From: Octopus sinensis
Taxonomy: Eukaryota
NCBI RefSeq assembly: GCF_006345805.1
Contig: NC_042997.1
Span: 159,898,001-159,962,000, forward strand
Length of the DNA stretch: 64,000 bases
Direction: 5' to 3'
The position numbers were made by a program, and so were the translations under genes. Positions 1-13,292 of this stretch are shown here, piece by piece. The notes under the pieces are model-generated. The model was not told where the DNA came from, ran no database searches, and saw nothing but the letters and a program-made list of their open reading frames with translations. The stretch's first letter is position 1, and every line of letters starts with the position of its first letter.

Positions 1-386
1 ACCAACCCAAAACTGGGCAATTATAAATATCTTGAAAGGGAAATTGCTGAATTACGGGACCTCACGACTAACAGAAATGTGTTGTCATATTAATAACAAA
101 AGTAGCTGATTTCTACATAGCTCAGATACCAGAAAACGCTAAAATTGCAGAAATTACAATGATAATGCTCATGGGAACTGTTCACATCCTTCGCAAAATA
201 CTGTCTATGTAATCTCAAATTTAAAACAAACCTATAAAACATTCTCTAGAACTACACCATGTACAAAATCAAATGTATGACAACCTAGGCATAACTCTTA
301 ACATGAACTTCTAACTTGCTCTCTCGTGAGGTCTCTGGGTGAGACTTGGAATCAACTTGTACGAATACAAAGCAAAAGTCAAACAA
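1..386 (+). mobile_element. R4/Dong-like LINE family B, 3' end
   Basis: Encodes GTVHILRKILSM-stop at about 212, followed by the family B 3' UTR (ctctgggtgagacttgg...gtcaaac) and an (AAT)n tail. Confidence 0.85.
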
Positions 387-480
387 ATAATGATAATAAT
401 AATAATAATAATAATAATATAATAATAATAATAATAATGATAATAATAATAATAATAATAACAACAACAACAATAACAAA

Positions 481-1860
481 ACTCATACTAAAATTCAACT
501 CCAAAACTTCCATGGAAGCCATTAACATCCTGGCACTTCCAGTAGTCCAGTACAGTTTTAACATCATTAAAAGGAATGTTGCAGAACTCCATTGCCTGGA
601 CAATAAGAAAAGGAAACTCCTAACATCTAAAAATATGCGCCACCTGGAAGCAGACGTTGATCGTCTGTCCCTACCTAGAAGAAATGGGGGAAGAGAAATG
701 ATGCATGTAGAACTGTGCTATAAGTCCTCCACAACAGCAATGAACCAGTACTTACCAAGTACAGAGGACTGGATACTGCGGCTAGCGTACGTATACGAAA
801 GCAGCAAAAAATCACATTCTATTGTCGAAGCTTGCAAATTTTCAAATTCGAATTAATCCTGAATTGGGTGAAGAACTTGGAACCACTGCTACCAAATAAG
901 CAAAATGGATCAAACAGACTGCAAAAAAGAACGGGTGGAAACAGATTTAGGAGCAGTGGCGCAAACAAAGCCTCTGCATGGACAGTATATAATTTGAAGC
1001 CGAAATGCTGATGTAGACCAAGTAACAACCCATCAGTTGGGTTCAGGAGAAGTTCAGGACTGAAAACAGAAACAGGTGGTTTCATATTAGCGACACAATG
1101 TTAAAGCATGCTTACCAAAATCTAACGTTCTTCAAAACAGTGCTGACTCTAAATGCACATTCTGCGATAAATTTGATGAAACGATAGACCATGTCGTCTC
1201 GGGATGTCCTGTGCTGACACCAAGCGAATACATAAATCATCACGATAGTGTAGGACAGTATTTACACTAGAAAATGTGTAAATACTACAAAAGCGGCAGT
1301 CCTGCTTGTTGGTAGCAACATCATCCTGAGTCAGTCGTTGAAAGTAGAAACGTCACTATCGTCAGCGAGTTTTCAGTCAATAGCGACTAATCCACCAATC
1401 ATAGTCATTAAAGACTAGGACGAAAATACTTGTAGACTAATAGATGTAAGGGTTCCCACGGATGTAAATATGTATGTAAAAGAATTTAAAAATTAAGTAA
1501 ATATAAGGACCTGGAAATTAAAGTACAAAAGATATGGCATCTTAAAGCAAGAACTCTTCCTGTAATTGTGGGTGCCCTAGGTATGATAAGAAAGGGATGG
1601 GAGAGATATCTAGATATTATCCCAAGAGAACCATGTCTCAGAGATATCTGAAAGATTATGCTAAGTACAGCTTACATCCTTAGAAAGACCCTATGAATTT
1701 AAATGTTTGTGTTGTATTACATGAAGATATTGTTTAGTGCCCCTGCCACTTCCCCTCTCCAAGCTTTCATTCATATTGTAACATCTCTTATCCTTCATTC
1801 ACCCTAGGATTGTGGGTATGTCTCAGCAAGTGATAGTAACAAACATGCATATTCAAAGTA
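481..1860 (+). mobile_element. R4/Dong-like LINE family E, 5'-truncated and degenerate
   Basis: Post-RT thumb motifs (AINILALPVVQYSF, ADVDRLSLPRRNGGR), then a CxxC..ETIDHVVSGC knuckle and TAYILRKTL end, with stops and frameshifts. Confidence 0.8.
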
Positions 1861-1861
1861 A

Positions 1862-1894
<33 letters not shown>

Positions 1895-1963
1895 TTGATG
1901 ATGACGATGACGATGACGATGATGATGATGATGGTGATGATGGTGATGATGGTGATGATGGTG

Positions 1964-2044
<81 letters not shown>

Positions 2045-2234
2045 CAAGTGATGCTGCTGCTGCTGATGATGATTATGATGATGATGATGATGCTGATGAT
2101 GATGATGCTGATGCTGCTGCTGCTGCTGATGATGATGATGATGACGGTGATGATGGTGATGATGGTGATGATGGTGATGATGGTGATGATGGGGATGCTG
2201 TTGATGATGATGATGATGTTGATGATGGTGATGT

Positions 2235-2269
<35 letters not shown>

Positions 2270-2484
2270 GTGGTGATGATGGTGATGATGGTGATGATGG
2301 TGATGATGGTGATGATGTAGATGATGGTGATGGTGATGATGATGATGATGATGGTGATGATGATAATGATGATGATGATGATGATGATGGTGATGATGGT
2401 GATGATGGTGATGATGGTGATGATGGTGATGATGGGGATGATGTTGATGATGGTGATGATGATGATGACGATGATGATGATGAC

Positions 2485-2540
<56 letters not shown>

Positions 2541-2550
2541 CGACGATGGT
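1862..2550 (+). repeat. ~690-bp (GAT)n compound microsatellite with GGT/GAC/GCT variants
   Basis: Direct reading. Source of the poly-M/I/H ORFs. Confidence 0.97.
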
Positions 2551-2814
2551 GTGAAACATGTGCGATAAACTCATGGTAAATCAACTTCGGAAAGTTTAGA
2601 AATTATTAAATATATAAGTGGAACAAATCAATAAGTACGCAAATTGATTAATTGCGGATACACACGAATGTCTACACAATCATATATACATTTTAATACC
2701 CATAGGACTACACATATACACCAATGTTTATACAACTGTGTGAAATTTACAGGACACATACATGCATATGAAAGGACGAGTCACAAACGAAGCAAAAAGA
2801 CATACATTTTTTAT

Positions 2815-5800
2815 TTTATTTTTCGAACTAAGACAGAGAGAGTTAGTTCATATATTTCATATATTTAAAAACACCACAAAAAACTGTGTCCGGAGATAAA
2901 TCTATCAACAAAAACAATACAGATGTAACCAGATATGTTATGCTAAAGAAGCTACGTTACGAGCAATGTTTTCATTCAAAGAACTCGGAGGCGGTGTTGT
3001 CTCAAAAAATTAATCCCTAAACAGACATATCTGCTTCCTAATGTCGACGTCCAAGCTCGTCATGCTACAATGATAATAAAGTAAAATACACACCAGATCC
3101 GCCTTCACCCGTATAAACAAGGGTCGTGTAACCCAGTGAGGAACCAGATCGAATATTAAAATCAGCTACTGGTTCAAATCTTCCGAAACACAGACGATGG
3201 AAGTACCTCACAACTGGAATATTCCAACAGATGGCCATCCACGCTCGTCATTTAATAACCAAAAGAAAAAGAATGCAAAATGTTCTAGGAGAGATAATAA
3301 AGAATTCTTAAGGCCTTCTATCATGCAAATATATCTAATACTAAACAAACCTACCTAAGGGGGAGACGGAAGCAGCTAGAAGTAAGACCCTATATATAGG
3401 CTGTAACAAATTTGCCAACATTGGCAGAAAAAGGAAATTACTAATTGAATTAGAGATTGAAAAAAAGAAGCAATCAATGAGGGATAAAGGCAACGAAAAT
3501 GCAGCCAGAGAAGATACTACAGAGGAAATAATTATAGACCAGTCCAGGTTTGATAAAAATGCCGTAATGATTGAAAGAGTTAATGTACGCAAAGTGAATT
3601 ACTTTCTGAAACAACCATAAACACTAAGGCAGATGAAAATCAAATAGATGAACAAAGTCATACAGAAATTGACCCAACAGAACTACATGATATAAAATAT
3701 CAAATCATGATTGAATGGCTGAAAACTTTAAAAAACAGCATGAATGAATGTGACACTCTCCCAATAATTCGCAAATCTAACCAAAAACTGAAAGGAATTG
3801 TTGCACCTAAGGATTTACTTTTAGCCAATGATGTTCATATTACAGATTCAACCACCTGTACTATGCATCCGCGAAAATTTCAACGATTCTATGTGGTCAA
3901 AAGATTAGAAAACGACAACATTCCCACAAAAAGCCTAGATTCTTCTTGGACAACAACATGTTTCAAAATAACCCAAAACAGTTTTATAGAAAGATAGGGA
4001 AAGCACCAGTTACAGTAAAGTCTGTCCCATCAAAAGAAGAAGTGCAGCAGAAGAATCACACAGTGAAAAGTCCCTTTAGATTGATAGAATATCTGCAGAC
4101 TTAGACTCATTAGAAGAGTAAAAGTGGGAGGGTATCAAGGCAGAAGATGTAAGATCTGCTCTTAGGAAGTTAAGCAAATGGAAATCTCCAGGAAAGGATA
4201 AAATTCCTAAGCTCTGGCTGAATGCCTTTCCAGAGAGCTATGAATTGCTAACAAAACTTTACAACAATGTTTTGAAACAACCTAGTATGATCCCCTCTTG
4301 GTTAGTTAATGGTATAACATTCACATTACTAAAAAATGAAGAAACAAATGAACCAAAACATTATTGACTCATCACCTGCTTAACAATAATGTATAAAATA
4401 CTAACATCTGTCTTGACTCAATATACCTATAGTCTTTTAATATAAAGTGGTATATTACCTAATGGGCAAAAAGGATTTAAATGTTTGTTTTATGGTTATA
4501 AAGATCAGCTACTCATCAATGAGATGAACGACTGTCACAAACGACACAAAAACTTGTCGATAGTGTGGGTAGACTATAAAAATCTTTTAATAGTCTACCA
4601 CATAGCTGGATTAAGAAATGTCTGGAAATGTATAAAATAGAAGCTACTCTGCCAAACGTCTTGTCTGTATGAGATCATGGAGAAACACACTGACATTAAA
4701 CAGTGATAATGAATCTCTCAATGCTAGAGATGTAAGACATTCATTTGGCATTTTCCAGGGTAACAGGGTAACTCTCTATCACAGCTACTCTTTTGTCTAG
4801 ACTTAATACCTCTCTCGAAATTACTCGATGGTGTACAATGCGGCTATAAAATGTTTGATAAAAGTATAAATCATCTCATTTACATGGATGATTTAAAGCT
4901 CTTCGCAAAAACTGACCAACAACTTAATAGCGATTGGTAAACGATTCAGTGATAACATCAGGATGCGATCTGGGGTCGCTAAATGTGCAAAAGCTACTTT
5001 TATCTAAGGGAAAATGACAGAAACATCAAACGTTATTCTTGACCAGCTGAATGTCGTAAAGGATTTGGACCCAGCGGGGGGCTACAAATAGCTAGGGGTA
5101 TTTTAATGCGATGGAGTCAAACATTGAATAATGAGGGAAAGTATCAGAAGAGAATGTTATCGCAGGGTAAGGGCAATACTCAAGACAGAGCTGAATGCCA
5201 GAAACAGAATCGAAGCGTTCAATACTTTAGCCATGCCGGTCGTGGCTTACAGTTTCAAAATCATCAACTGATAAATTATTGGAATATATAATCTTGACAG
5301 AAAAATACGAAAATTGCTGACAATGCATAGAATGACTCACAATAAGATAGATATTAAACAACTTTACCTGGCAAGAAAAGAGGGTGGTCTTGGGTTTTTA
5401 CAACTGGAACTAACAATGGAGATTGCCACAGTCGGCCTAGACACCTACCTGAAAAAATCTGCTGACTGGATGTTAAAACTTGTTTTAAAGCATGAAAACA
5501 AGAATGCATAATTACTCAGTAACAAAACAGGCCAAGGAATATCTAAATGAATTCCAAATACAACAAATCCTAGAATTAGACGTACTGGAAACAAGCACAG
5601 AAAAAGCTATGCGTATGAAAACCCTTGGTAAAACTGCTGCCTTAGATATTCTTACTGATAAATGGCAAGAAAAAACACTCAATGGAAAATACACAATGAG
5701 AGCTAATAGTGGCAATGTTGACAAAGCCCTTACCCATCAATGGCTAGTGTCTTCTGGATTAAAGATAGAAACAGACGGCTTTATCATAGAAGCCCAAGAT

Positions 5801-6620
5801 CAATGCCGACCTATAAGGAACTACTATGCCATTATTAAAGAACGACAGCAGTAGCCCAACAATACTGCTTATGAAAGACAACAAAATGGACCCATTAATT
5901 ATGTTGTCTCCCTGTGCGGTCTTCTTGCGCCTACATAATATCTCAACTGGCATGATAGAGCAGCACAATATATTCTCTGGGAAATTTTCAAAACCCTGCA
6001 CCTGCCCCATGATAAAAACTGATGGGAACGCAACCCACGTACAATGCTTGATAAGGTTCACATCTCAATCATCTGGACCTTCATCATTCAAACTGACAGA
6101 AAGATAGATGCAAATAGGCCAGACATTTTATTGATAGACTTCAGATAAAAATCATGCTTCCTTGTTGATATGACTGTACAAATCGACATAAATTTATATG
6201 TCGAGATCCACCAAAAACTGAGCAAGTATAAAGATCTTGAAATAGAAATTAACAAAATGTGGAACCTGAAGACTACAAAAAATACCAGTTGTCATAGGTG
6301 CCCTAGGAATGATAGCAAAAAGTGGCTGATTCCGACGTAGCTCAGATACCAGAAAACCCCAAAATAGCAGAAATTCAAAAGATGGGAACTGCTCATATCC
6401 TACCTAAATTACTGTCTATGTCATCATAAATTTTAAAACAAATATATAATTTTCTTGTTTTCTTAAACATTCTCTAGAACAATACTATGTGCAAAACCAA
6501 ATATATGACACCTTAAGCATAATGCCAATATGAACTTCTAACTTGTTGTCGCTCAAATTCTCTGGTTGAGACTTTGTGTCAATTTGTACAAATACAATGC
6601 CAAAGTCAAGCATAATAATG
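2815..6620 (+). mobile_element. R4/Dong-like LINE family B, near full length, degenerate
   Basis: RT motifs (WKSPGKDKIP, HLIYMDDLKLF), REL motifs (PDI..ID, KYKDLEIEI) and the family B 3' UTR. Many stops. Confidence 0.85.
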
Positions 6621-6629
6621 TTGAATAAT

Positions 6630-7040
6630 AATTAGAGAAGATATCCGAAGGCCGGATATAGTAACATTTAGGAGGGAAAAGCAAGATTGACTAATAATTG
6701 ATGTGGTAGTGCCAGGAGATCAACATATCGTCATGAAAGAAAGAGGAGAGATTGATAAATATGGAGACTTGGGAAGGAATTGAGATCGCTAAGTTGGGGC
6801 AACCAAGAGAGTCAAGCATAAAGTTTATCCCTGCTGTCATCCGACCATTTGGTTCAATACCACCCAATCTGAAAAAAACTTTACAAATATCCTACAATGT
6901 ATATCGGCATTACTTGGAACTGCAGGCATACTGCGTAAAATACAGTCTGTCTGAGGTCCCTGTTGGGACATGACAAACAGTACAAACCCCTGGTAGACAC
7001 AATATCTTCACTATATTGTATACTGTGTGACGTCTATACT
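6630..7040 (+). mobile_element. R4/Dong-like LINE family D, 3' fragment
   Basis: LIDVVVPGD..IDKYGDL..KFIPAVI.PFGSIP REL C-terminal remnant; same family as 29450-30110. Confidence 0.7.
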
Positions 7041-7047
7041 ACAACTG

Positions 7048-7083
<36 letters not shown>

Positions 7084-7750
7084 ATTCTACTACTACTAAT
7101 AATAATAATAATATAATAATAATAATAATAAAAAAGTGATATAACTGAGCTAAATAACCTAATATACGCAGCAGCCACTGCAGCCACAAAAGAAGCTGGA
7201 TACTCACCCAAACCCGCCCAAACAGGAGTACCACCACCCAAACAAACCCTGTGGATAAAAAACATCCAAAGCAAAATAAAAAAATTAGAAAAGACCTGTC
7301 GATTCTTAATGAAATCAGCAAACAATCAACGCTACTGAGCAACAAAAAGAGAACAGAAATACTCCGCAAATATAACATCACGGAGAAAGATTTCCCTGAA
7401 ATAAAAGAAAAGCTGAAGCAAGATATTCTTGCCAAAGCACAAAGGATCCGCCGGTACAAGAAACGCCAACGCTTCTTTGAACAAAACAAAAACTCTAACC
7501 CCAAAAAGTTCTACCAAGAACTGGGAAAAATAAAATAGAAGTCACTGCAGCACCAACGGCAGAAGAATTGGAAGAATTCTGGGGAGAAATATGATCGGCG
7601 AACGAACAACCAAAAAAAAGGAGTATCAAAATAACAAACTCGGCATCTGAACAACTTTGGACCCCCATAACAACTGAAGAGGTCACCCAGGCACTGCAAA
7701 GACTAAGCAACTGGGAGGCACCTGGGCATGACAAGATCCCCAACTTCTGG

Positions 7751-9361
7751 TTGAAATATCTAACAGGAATGCACAAAAAGCTGGCTGAAAACTTTAACAA
7801 CGTACTAGCAGAGCCAGAGACAATGCCTGAATGGCTCACGAAGGGGAAAACCATCTTAATTCCCAAATCAAATGAAATAGAAAAACCAGAAAACTACAGA
7901 CCAATAACCTGCCTCCCTACTATGTTCAAGGCATTTACTGCAGTGATATCACAAAGGCTGAACAAGCACCTGGACGAAAACAAACTGTTCCCAGAAGAGC
8001 AGAAAGGATGCCGCAAAGGCTCATATGGCTGTAAAGATCAACTAATGATTAATAAAGCCATAACTGAAGACAGCCACAGAAAGAAGAAAGGCCTCAGTAT
8101 GGCCTGGATTGATTACAAAAAGGCGTTTGATAGCATCCCCCACACATGGATCCTCGAAACACTAGCCATTAACAAAGTCGCACCAACAATCATAAAATTC
8201 ATAGAGCACTCTATGAATAAATGGCAAACAAAAGAGGGACTCATGAAAACCAAAGACATCCCCATCAGAAGAGGAATATTCCAGGGAGACACGCTCTCTC
8301 CACTCCTTTTCTGCTTGGCACTGTCACCTCTATCTGATATGCTAAATAGAACTGGATGCCGATATAAATGTTACGGCAAAACGATCAGCCACCTTTTATA
8401 TATGGATGACCTAAAACTATACGCTGCAAATGACAAACAGCTGGAAACACTATTAAAGACAGTTCATGGATTTACCAAAGAAATAGATATGAAATTTGGA
8501 TTAGAAAAATGCGCCAAAGTAACCATGAAAAGAGGAAAACTAGTTAAGAGTAACAACATCACACTAGATAAAACCAATGAAATAAAAGAATTAGATCAAA
8601 GCCAAACTTACAAATACTTAGGAATCCATGAACTAGATAAGACACAACACACACAAATGAAAGAGAAAATAAAAAAAGAATATTATAGACGAGTTAGATC
8701 AATACTAAAAACAGAGCTCAATGCTAAAAACAAGATAATAGGTATCAACACTTTAGCTGTCCCAGTTATAAGTTACAGCTACAATATCCTTAACTGGACA
8801 CGAAATGAACTGACCAAAATAGATAGGAAAACAAGAAAAATAATGACAGGATCTAGGATGCATCACCCAAAATCTGACATAGAAAGACTATATATACAAC
8901 GTATAGAAGGTGGTAGAGGCCTTATACAGCTGGAAAACTACTATAAAATAACCACCATAGGACTGCAAAAATATCTACTACAGAAGGAAGGAAAACTGAT
9001 CCAGATAGCGGCAAAACACGAGCAAAACAAAAAACTGTTCTCAGTATTTAAGGAAGCTGACAAATACAAACAAGAAATCATACCACCTAATAAACATGAA
9101 GAAGAAGAAGGAGATGAAGAAACAACAAAAGCTATAAAACAAATGAAACCCAAACTAAAAATAGAACAGCAACGAACCATAATAAAACGATGGCAAGAAA
9201 AGCCCCTTCATGGTAAATACTGCACTAAACTAAACGCAAAAGAAATAGACAAAGAAAAATCCCAGCAATGGTTGAGAAGCTCAGGACTCAAAGCAGAAAC
9301 AGAGGGATTTTTAATTGCAGCACAAGACCAAAGCCCACCAGAAATTACCAAAAACATGTAA
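7751..9361 (+). pseudogene. Non-LTR reverse transcriptase (frameshifted)
   Basis: RPITCLPT, IDYKKAFDSIPH, GIFQGDTLSPLLF and YMDD motifs. A small deletion near 9330 shifts the frame away from the REL domain. Confidence 0.92.
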
Positions 9362-9954
9362 TGAAAAGAAATATTACAAGTAACTGCAGAATATGTGGAG
9401 ATGGACAAGAAACAATAAATCATATTATCTCTAGCTGCCCAGTCTTGGCTAAGGAGGAATATATTCACAGACATGACAGAGTTGGAACCTACATACATTG
9501 GAAGCTATGCCAACATTATGGAATAACAACAGAAAAAAGATGGTATAGGCACCCACCAGAAAAGGTCACAGAAAACGAGAAAGCAACCATACTCTGGGAT
9601 ATGCCGATACACACAGATAGAGAAATTAAGGCCAACAGACCAGATATAGTTGTCAGAGATCATGAAGAAAAAAAATTCTTTCTAATTGATGTATCAATAC
9701 CGGCTGATGACAACGTGTCTCTAAAAGAAATGGAGAAACTCTCAAAATACAAAGACCTAGAAATAGAGGTAACTAGAATGTGGAATCTGAAAACAGAAAC
9801 AATTCCTATCATAGTAGGTGCATTAGGCATGATAAAAAAATATTCAGACAAATACATAACAAAAACACCAGGACTTACAAACACATATAACAAACAGAAA
9901 ATTGCACTACTAGGCACTGCACACATCCTACGCAGAACACTTTCCATACAATAA
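9268..9954 (+). pseudogene. CCHC knuckle + restriction-like endonuclease of family A LINE
   Basis: CRICG..ETINHIISSC, RHD, RPDIVV..LIDVS and KLSKY motifs. Confidence 0.9.
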
Positions 9955-10090
9955 CCATCAGAGCATCACAACAAATCACAGCACATACCCAAGGCACACA
10001 GAGCTGTGCTCGGTAGTGAAGTGAAAGCACGCTATAAAAATAAAACTACTGAATAATAATAATAATAATAATAATAAAAATAATAATAAT

Positions 10091-10641
10091 AGATGCAGTA
10101 CAAGGCAGTGGCCCTCATGGCTTCTGATTTTAACTGATTGGAAGTGTTATCATGTACATTGTTTTGTCTTGTTATAAAAGATGGTCTACAGCAAATATTC
10201 TGCTCAATACCACAGATTTGCTTGTCAGTTTTTTGACCTTAACCACTTGAGCATGTCTCTTAATGGCTGACGATATGTGCATCGCTGATCACGTGCAGAA
10301 GTAGTGTGGGAGCATCATAGCCATGTGTTGAGAGGGATCCTTTGGGGTTTGAATAATTCACCTCTGGAAACATGGGTGTTTCGTTCAACATCCTTAAACA
10401 ACCCTTATTCAGGAATCTTTTGAGTGGGATGGGTTACTCGACCAGAAGAAAATTCTAACTGGGCTCCACCTGCAAGGTCATGTGCTGTTTATCTTGATAT
10501 GAGATCACCATGTCGCGCACATATGGTAGTGATGCATATGCTTTGTGTACACTTATCAGACAAGTAGTCATGATGGGTATACTGGGCTTCGGATATCTGT
10601 ACCTCAGTGCCACTTTGGTGGCATACGCTGCTCTTTCACTC
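10091..10641 (+). mobile_element. ~550-bp non-coding AAT-embedded element (copy 1)
   Basis: Homologous to 28866-29415, 31766-32272 and 40929-41485. Flanked by (AAT)n on both sides; no meaningful ORF. Confidence 0.75.
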
Positions 10642-10669
10642 AATAATAATAATAATAATAATAATAATG

Positions 10670-10708
<39 letters not shown>

Positions 10709-10859
10709 TAATAATAATAATAATAACAACAACAACAACAACAACACAACAACAACAACAACAATAATAATAATAACAACGACAACAATAAAAAAATAAT
10801 AAAAACAACAACAAGAATAATAATAATTACAACAACAACAACAATAATAATAATAATAG

Positions 10860-11050
10860 CATTAACAAGCTTCCTAACTGAATTAGAGACTGACCTAATT
10901 AAACAATCAGTAAGGGATAAAAGCATGAATTTACAGCTGAAGAAGATACTACAGAGGAAATAATTACAGACCAACCCAAGACTTATGAAAATACAGACTT
11001 ATGAAAATGATAAAAAGAGTCAATATAACTGATAAGCAAAGTGAAATACT
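10860..11050 (+). mobile_element. Family B N-terminal fragment
   Basis: Similar to 3430-3600 and 18964-19179 (LLTELE..IKQSV.DK..EDTTEEII). Confidence 0.6.
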
Positions 11051-12670
11051 GTGGACATGTTGTAACGTTATTGAACCATTGCCGAGTGAGAGGCCTTTCC
11101 TTAAAGGTCTAGCATCATTAGTTGTATTGTATCAGTCCGTTTTGTTATGGGATTTTCTTTGAGTCTTCTGCTGGATTAGATTTATATTGACGGGTATCGG
11201 CCTTCTATGGCACATGCTGTTGGTTTTGTTCATTTTGTTGTGTATTCTTGTATGTTTTTTGAGGGGCCTTGCATAGTAGTGTGTTGTAACTCATAAATCA
11301 ACTATTTTAGTGTATTCCTGATTATCCCTCCGCCGTTCTTTTGCTTGGTTTTGTTATGGGTTCCAATGATTATTATTATTATCAATGATATTAATACGCT
11401 ATCTTTTCTTTTCTGCGTACATGTTGTATGTGTCACACTTCAAAGATCTGGAAAAGCGAGAGAGAGGAAGACAGAGGAAGTAAGAGAGAGAATGAGAGAG
11501 AACGAGAGAGAACGAGAGGGAATGAGAGAGTGTGAAAGAGGCAGTGATTGGTGACGGCGTTCGATTTGTGTTTTCATAGAGGAAGCAAGAGAGAAAGAGA
11601 GAGAGAATTTCTTTATTAATCATAAGGTTGAGGAAAAGAGGGAATGATACGAGGACAAACAAAACAAACATTGGGGTCAGGGTATCGAGTGAGATGAAAC
11701 GTATCAATAAACAAACAATTAAAATATGTACAATTAAATAAGAATGAGTGATTTACAAAAAATGAAGCGGAAGACACGGTCGAACTCACAAACCACATAC
11801 TTACACTGAAGACTTTGTTTTCTTCTTTTTATATTCTCGTTTAAACAGTTTCTTTCACTCTCAACATACTTGCTGTGGACTTCCATCATTTACGAAACAC
11901 ACTTTCCGACAGACACTTTCTCTGCAGCCTTATTTTCCGTTTCATGTGGAAAACGAAAAGGTCGATTAGCTCGAGATTGGAGATGAACATGCCTGTAGCA
12001 ATTCCTTTCCCTCTCGTCTTCCATACAACCTCTTTCGCAACAGCAACTACCGAGAGAAAACAGGCTTGTTCCTCCCTACACAGGGAGGTCGGCGGAACGA
12101 TCTTAATTACAGATTCGCTAGACAGTTGTACTCTTCTCGAATGCGACAGCAGGTTTTCGACATAAGCCCAGAGCTCAGTCACCTTGGGGCATTGCACAAT
12201 CGCGTACTGGACAGTTCCACTATCCTGCTCGCATCTTGCACAAACCGGTGAAGGTGCACACCCATGTCTAAAGAGCTTAACTCGAACCGGTAAAGCTCCT
12301 CTGTAACATTGCCAGGCCAGGGACTTTTGGTAATTATCCATAGACCTCGGCCCAAATGTTCTTTGAAACAGGTTGGCCAGTTGATCTTCGTCGAAGCCTA
12401 GGTTTCTCCAAGGACGTCGTTACACTTGAACTATAATAACCCTCTGTAGAAGAACAAGGTAGTACCCCTGCCGGCGTTGCCCGACTGGGAGAGAAACACG
12501 AGTGCCTGATGGCACTCTGCATGCCACACGCCCAACCTCAGTCTACACTTGATCCATGGATTCACTTTGGTAAACGATGTGAACTGTGGAAATAACAGCT
12601 TGACTAACGGAGACCACACCTGCTCACCATCCAGGTAAAGCCAGAGATGCCTCAGCCTGAGCGCATCAGT
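11050..12670 (-). mobile_element. L1/Tx1-like LINE 3' fragment with probable long 3' UTR
   Basis: ORF 11886..12341 has a zf-RVT-like motif (YRGALPVR..CARC..VQYAIVQCP). Mirror of 38240-40600. The extent of the UTR is uncertain. Confidence 0.75.
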
Positions 12671-12773
12671 GATAAAACAACAAGTAGGAAGAGAAAGAGA
12701 GGTGAAAATTTCGTTGTAGACTATCTGATACTTACTGTCTGTCTGTCTGTCTGTCTGCATCTCTCTCTCTCTC

Positions 12774-12809
<36 letters not shown>

Positions 12810-13145
12810 AGTATGTGTTTGTGTATGTGTGTGCATGTATGTGTATGTTTGTATGATTGTGCGCTGGATCTCTCGGCATACCAGCAAACCAGAATATCGC
12901 ACCAGCCTGCATCACTACCTCCAATCCCATCATGTATGTATGTATGTATGTATGTATGTATGTATGTATGTATGTATGTATGTATGTGTGTGTGTGTATT
13001 TGTCCCACCACCACCATTGCTTCACACCGATGTTGGTGCGTTTGCGTCTCTGTAATTTAGCTGTTCACCAGAAGAGACTGATAGAATAAGCACCATTTTT
13101 AAAGTTTTCCGTTAATTTTTCACGGGTCCAACTCATTATTAGTGT

Positions 13146-13147
<2 letters not shown>

Positions 13148-13194
<47 letters not shown>

Positions 13195-13237
13195 TAATAA
13201 TAATAATAACAATAATAATAATAATAATAATAATAAC

Positions 13238-13273
<36 letters not shown>

Positions 13274-13292
13274 TATTATTATTATTATTATT
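13148..13292. repeat. (AAT)n to (ATT)n strand-switch microsatellite
   Basis: ...aataataataattattattatt... junction at about 13271. Confidence 0.9.

Larger units (their letters stand above)
7131..10051 (+). mobile_element. R4/Dong-like LINE family A, 5'-truncated, left-arm-specific insertion in (AAT)n
   Basis: RT and REL ORFs, family A 3' UTR ending ...aaaactactg followed by (AAT)n. The mirror site at about 41486-41530 is empty. Confidence 0.95.
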
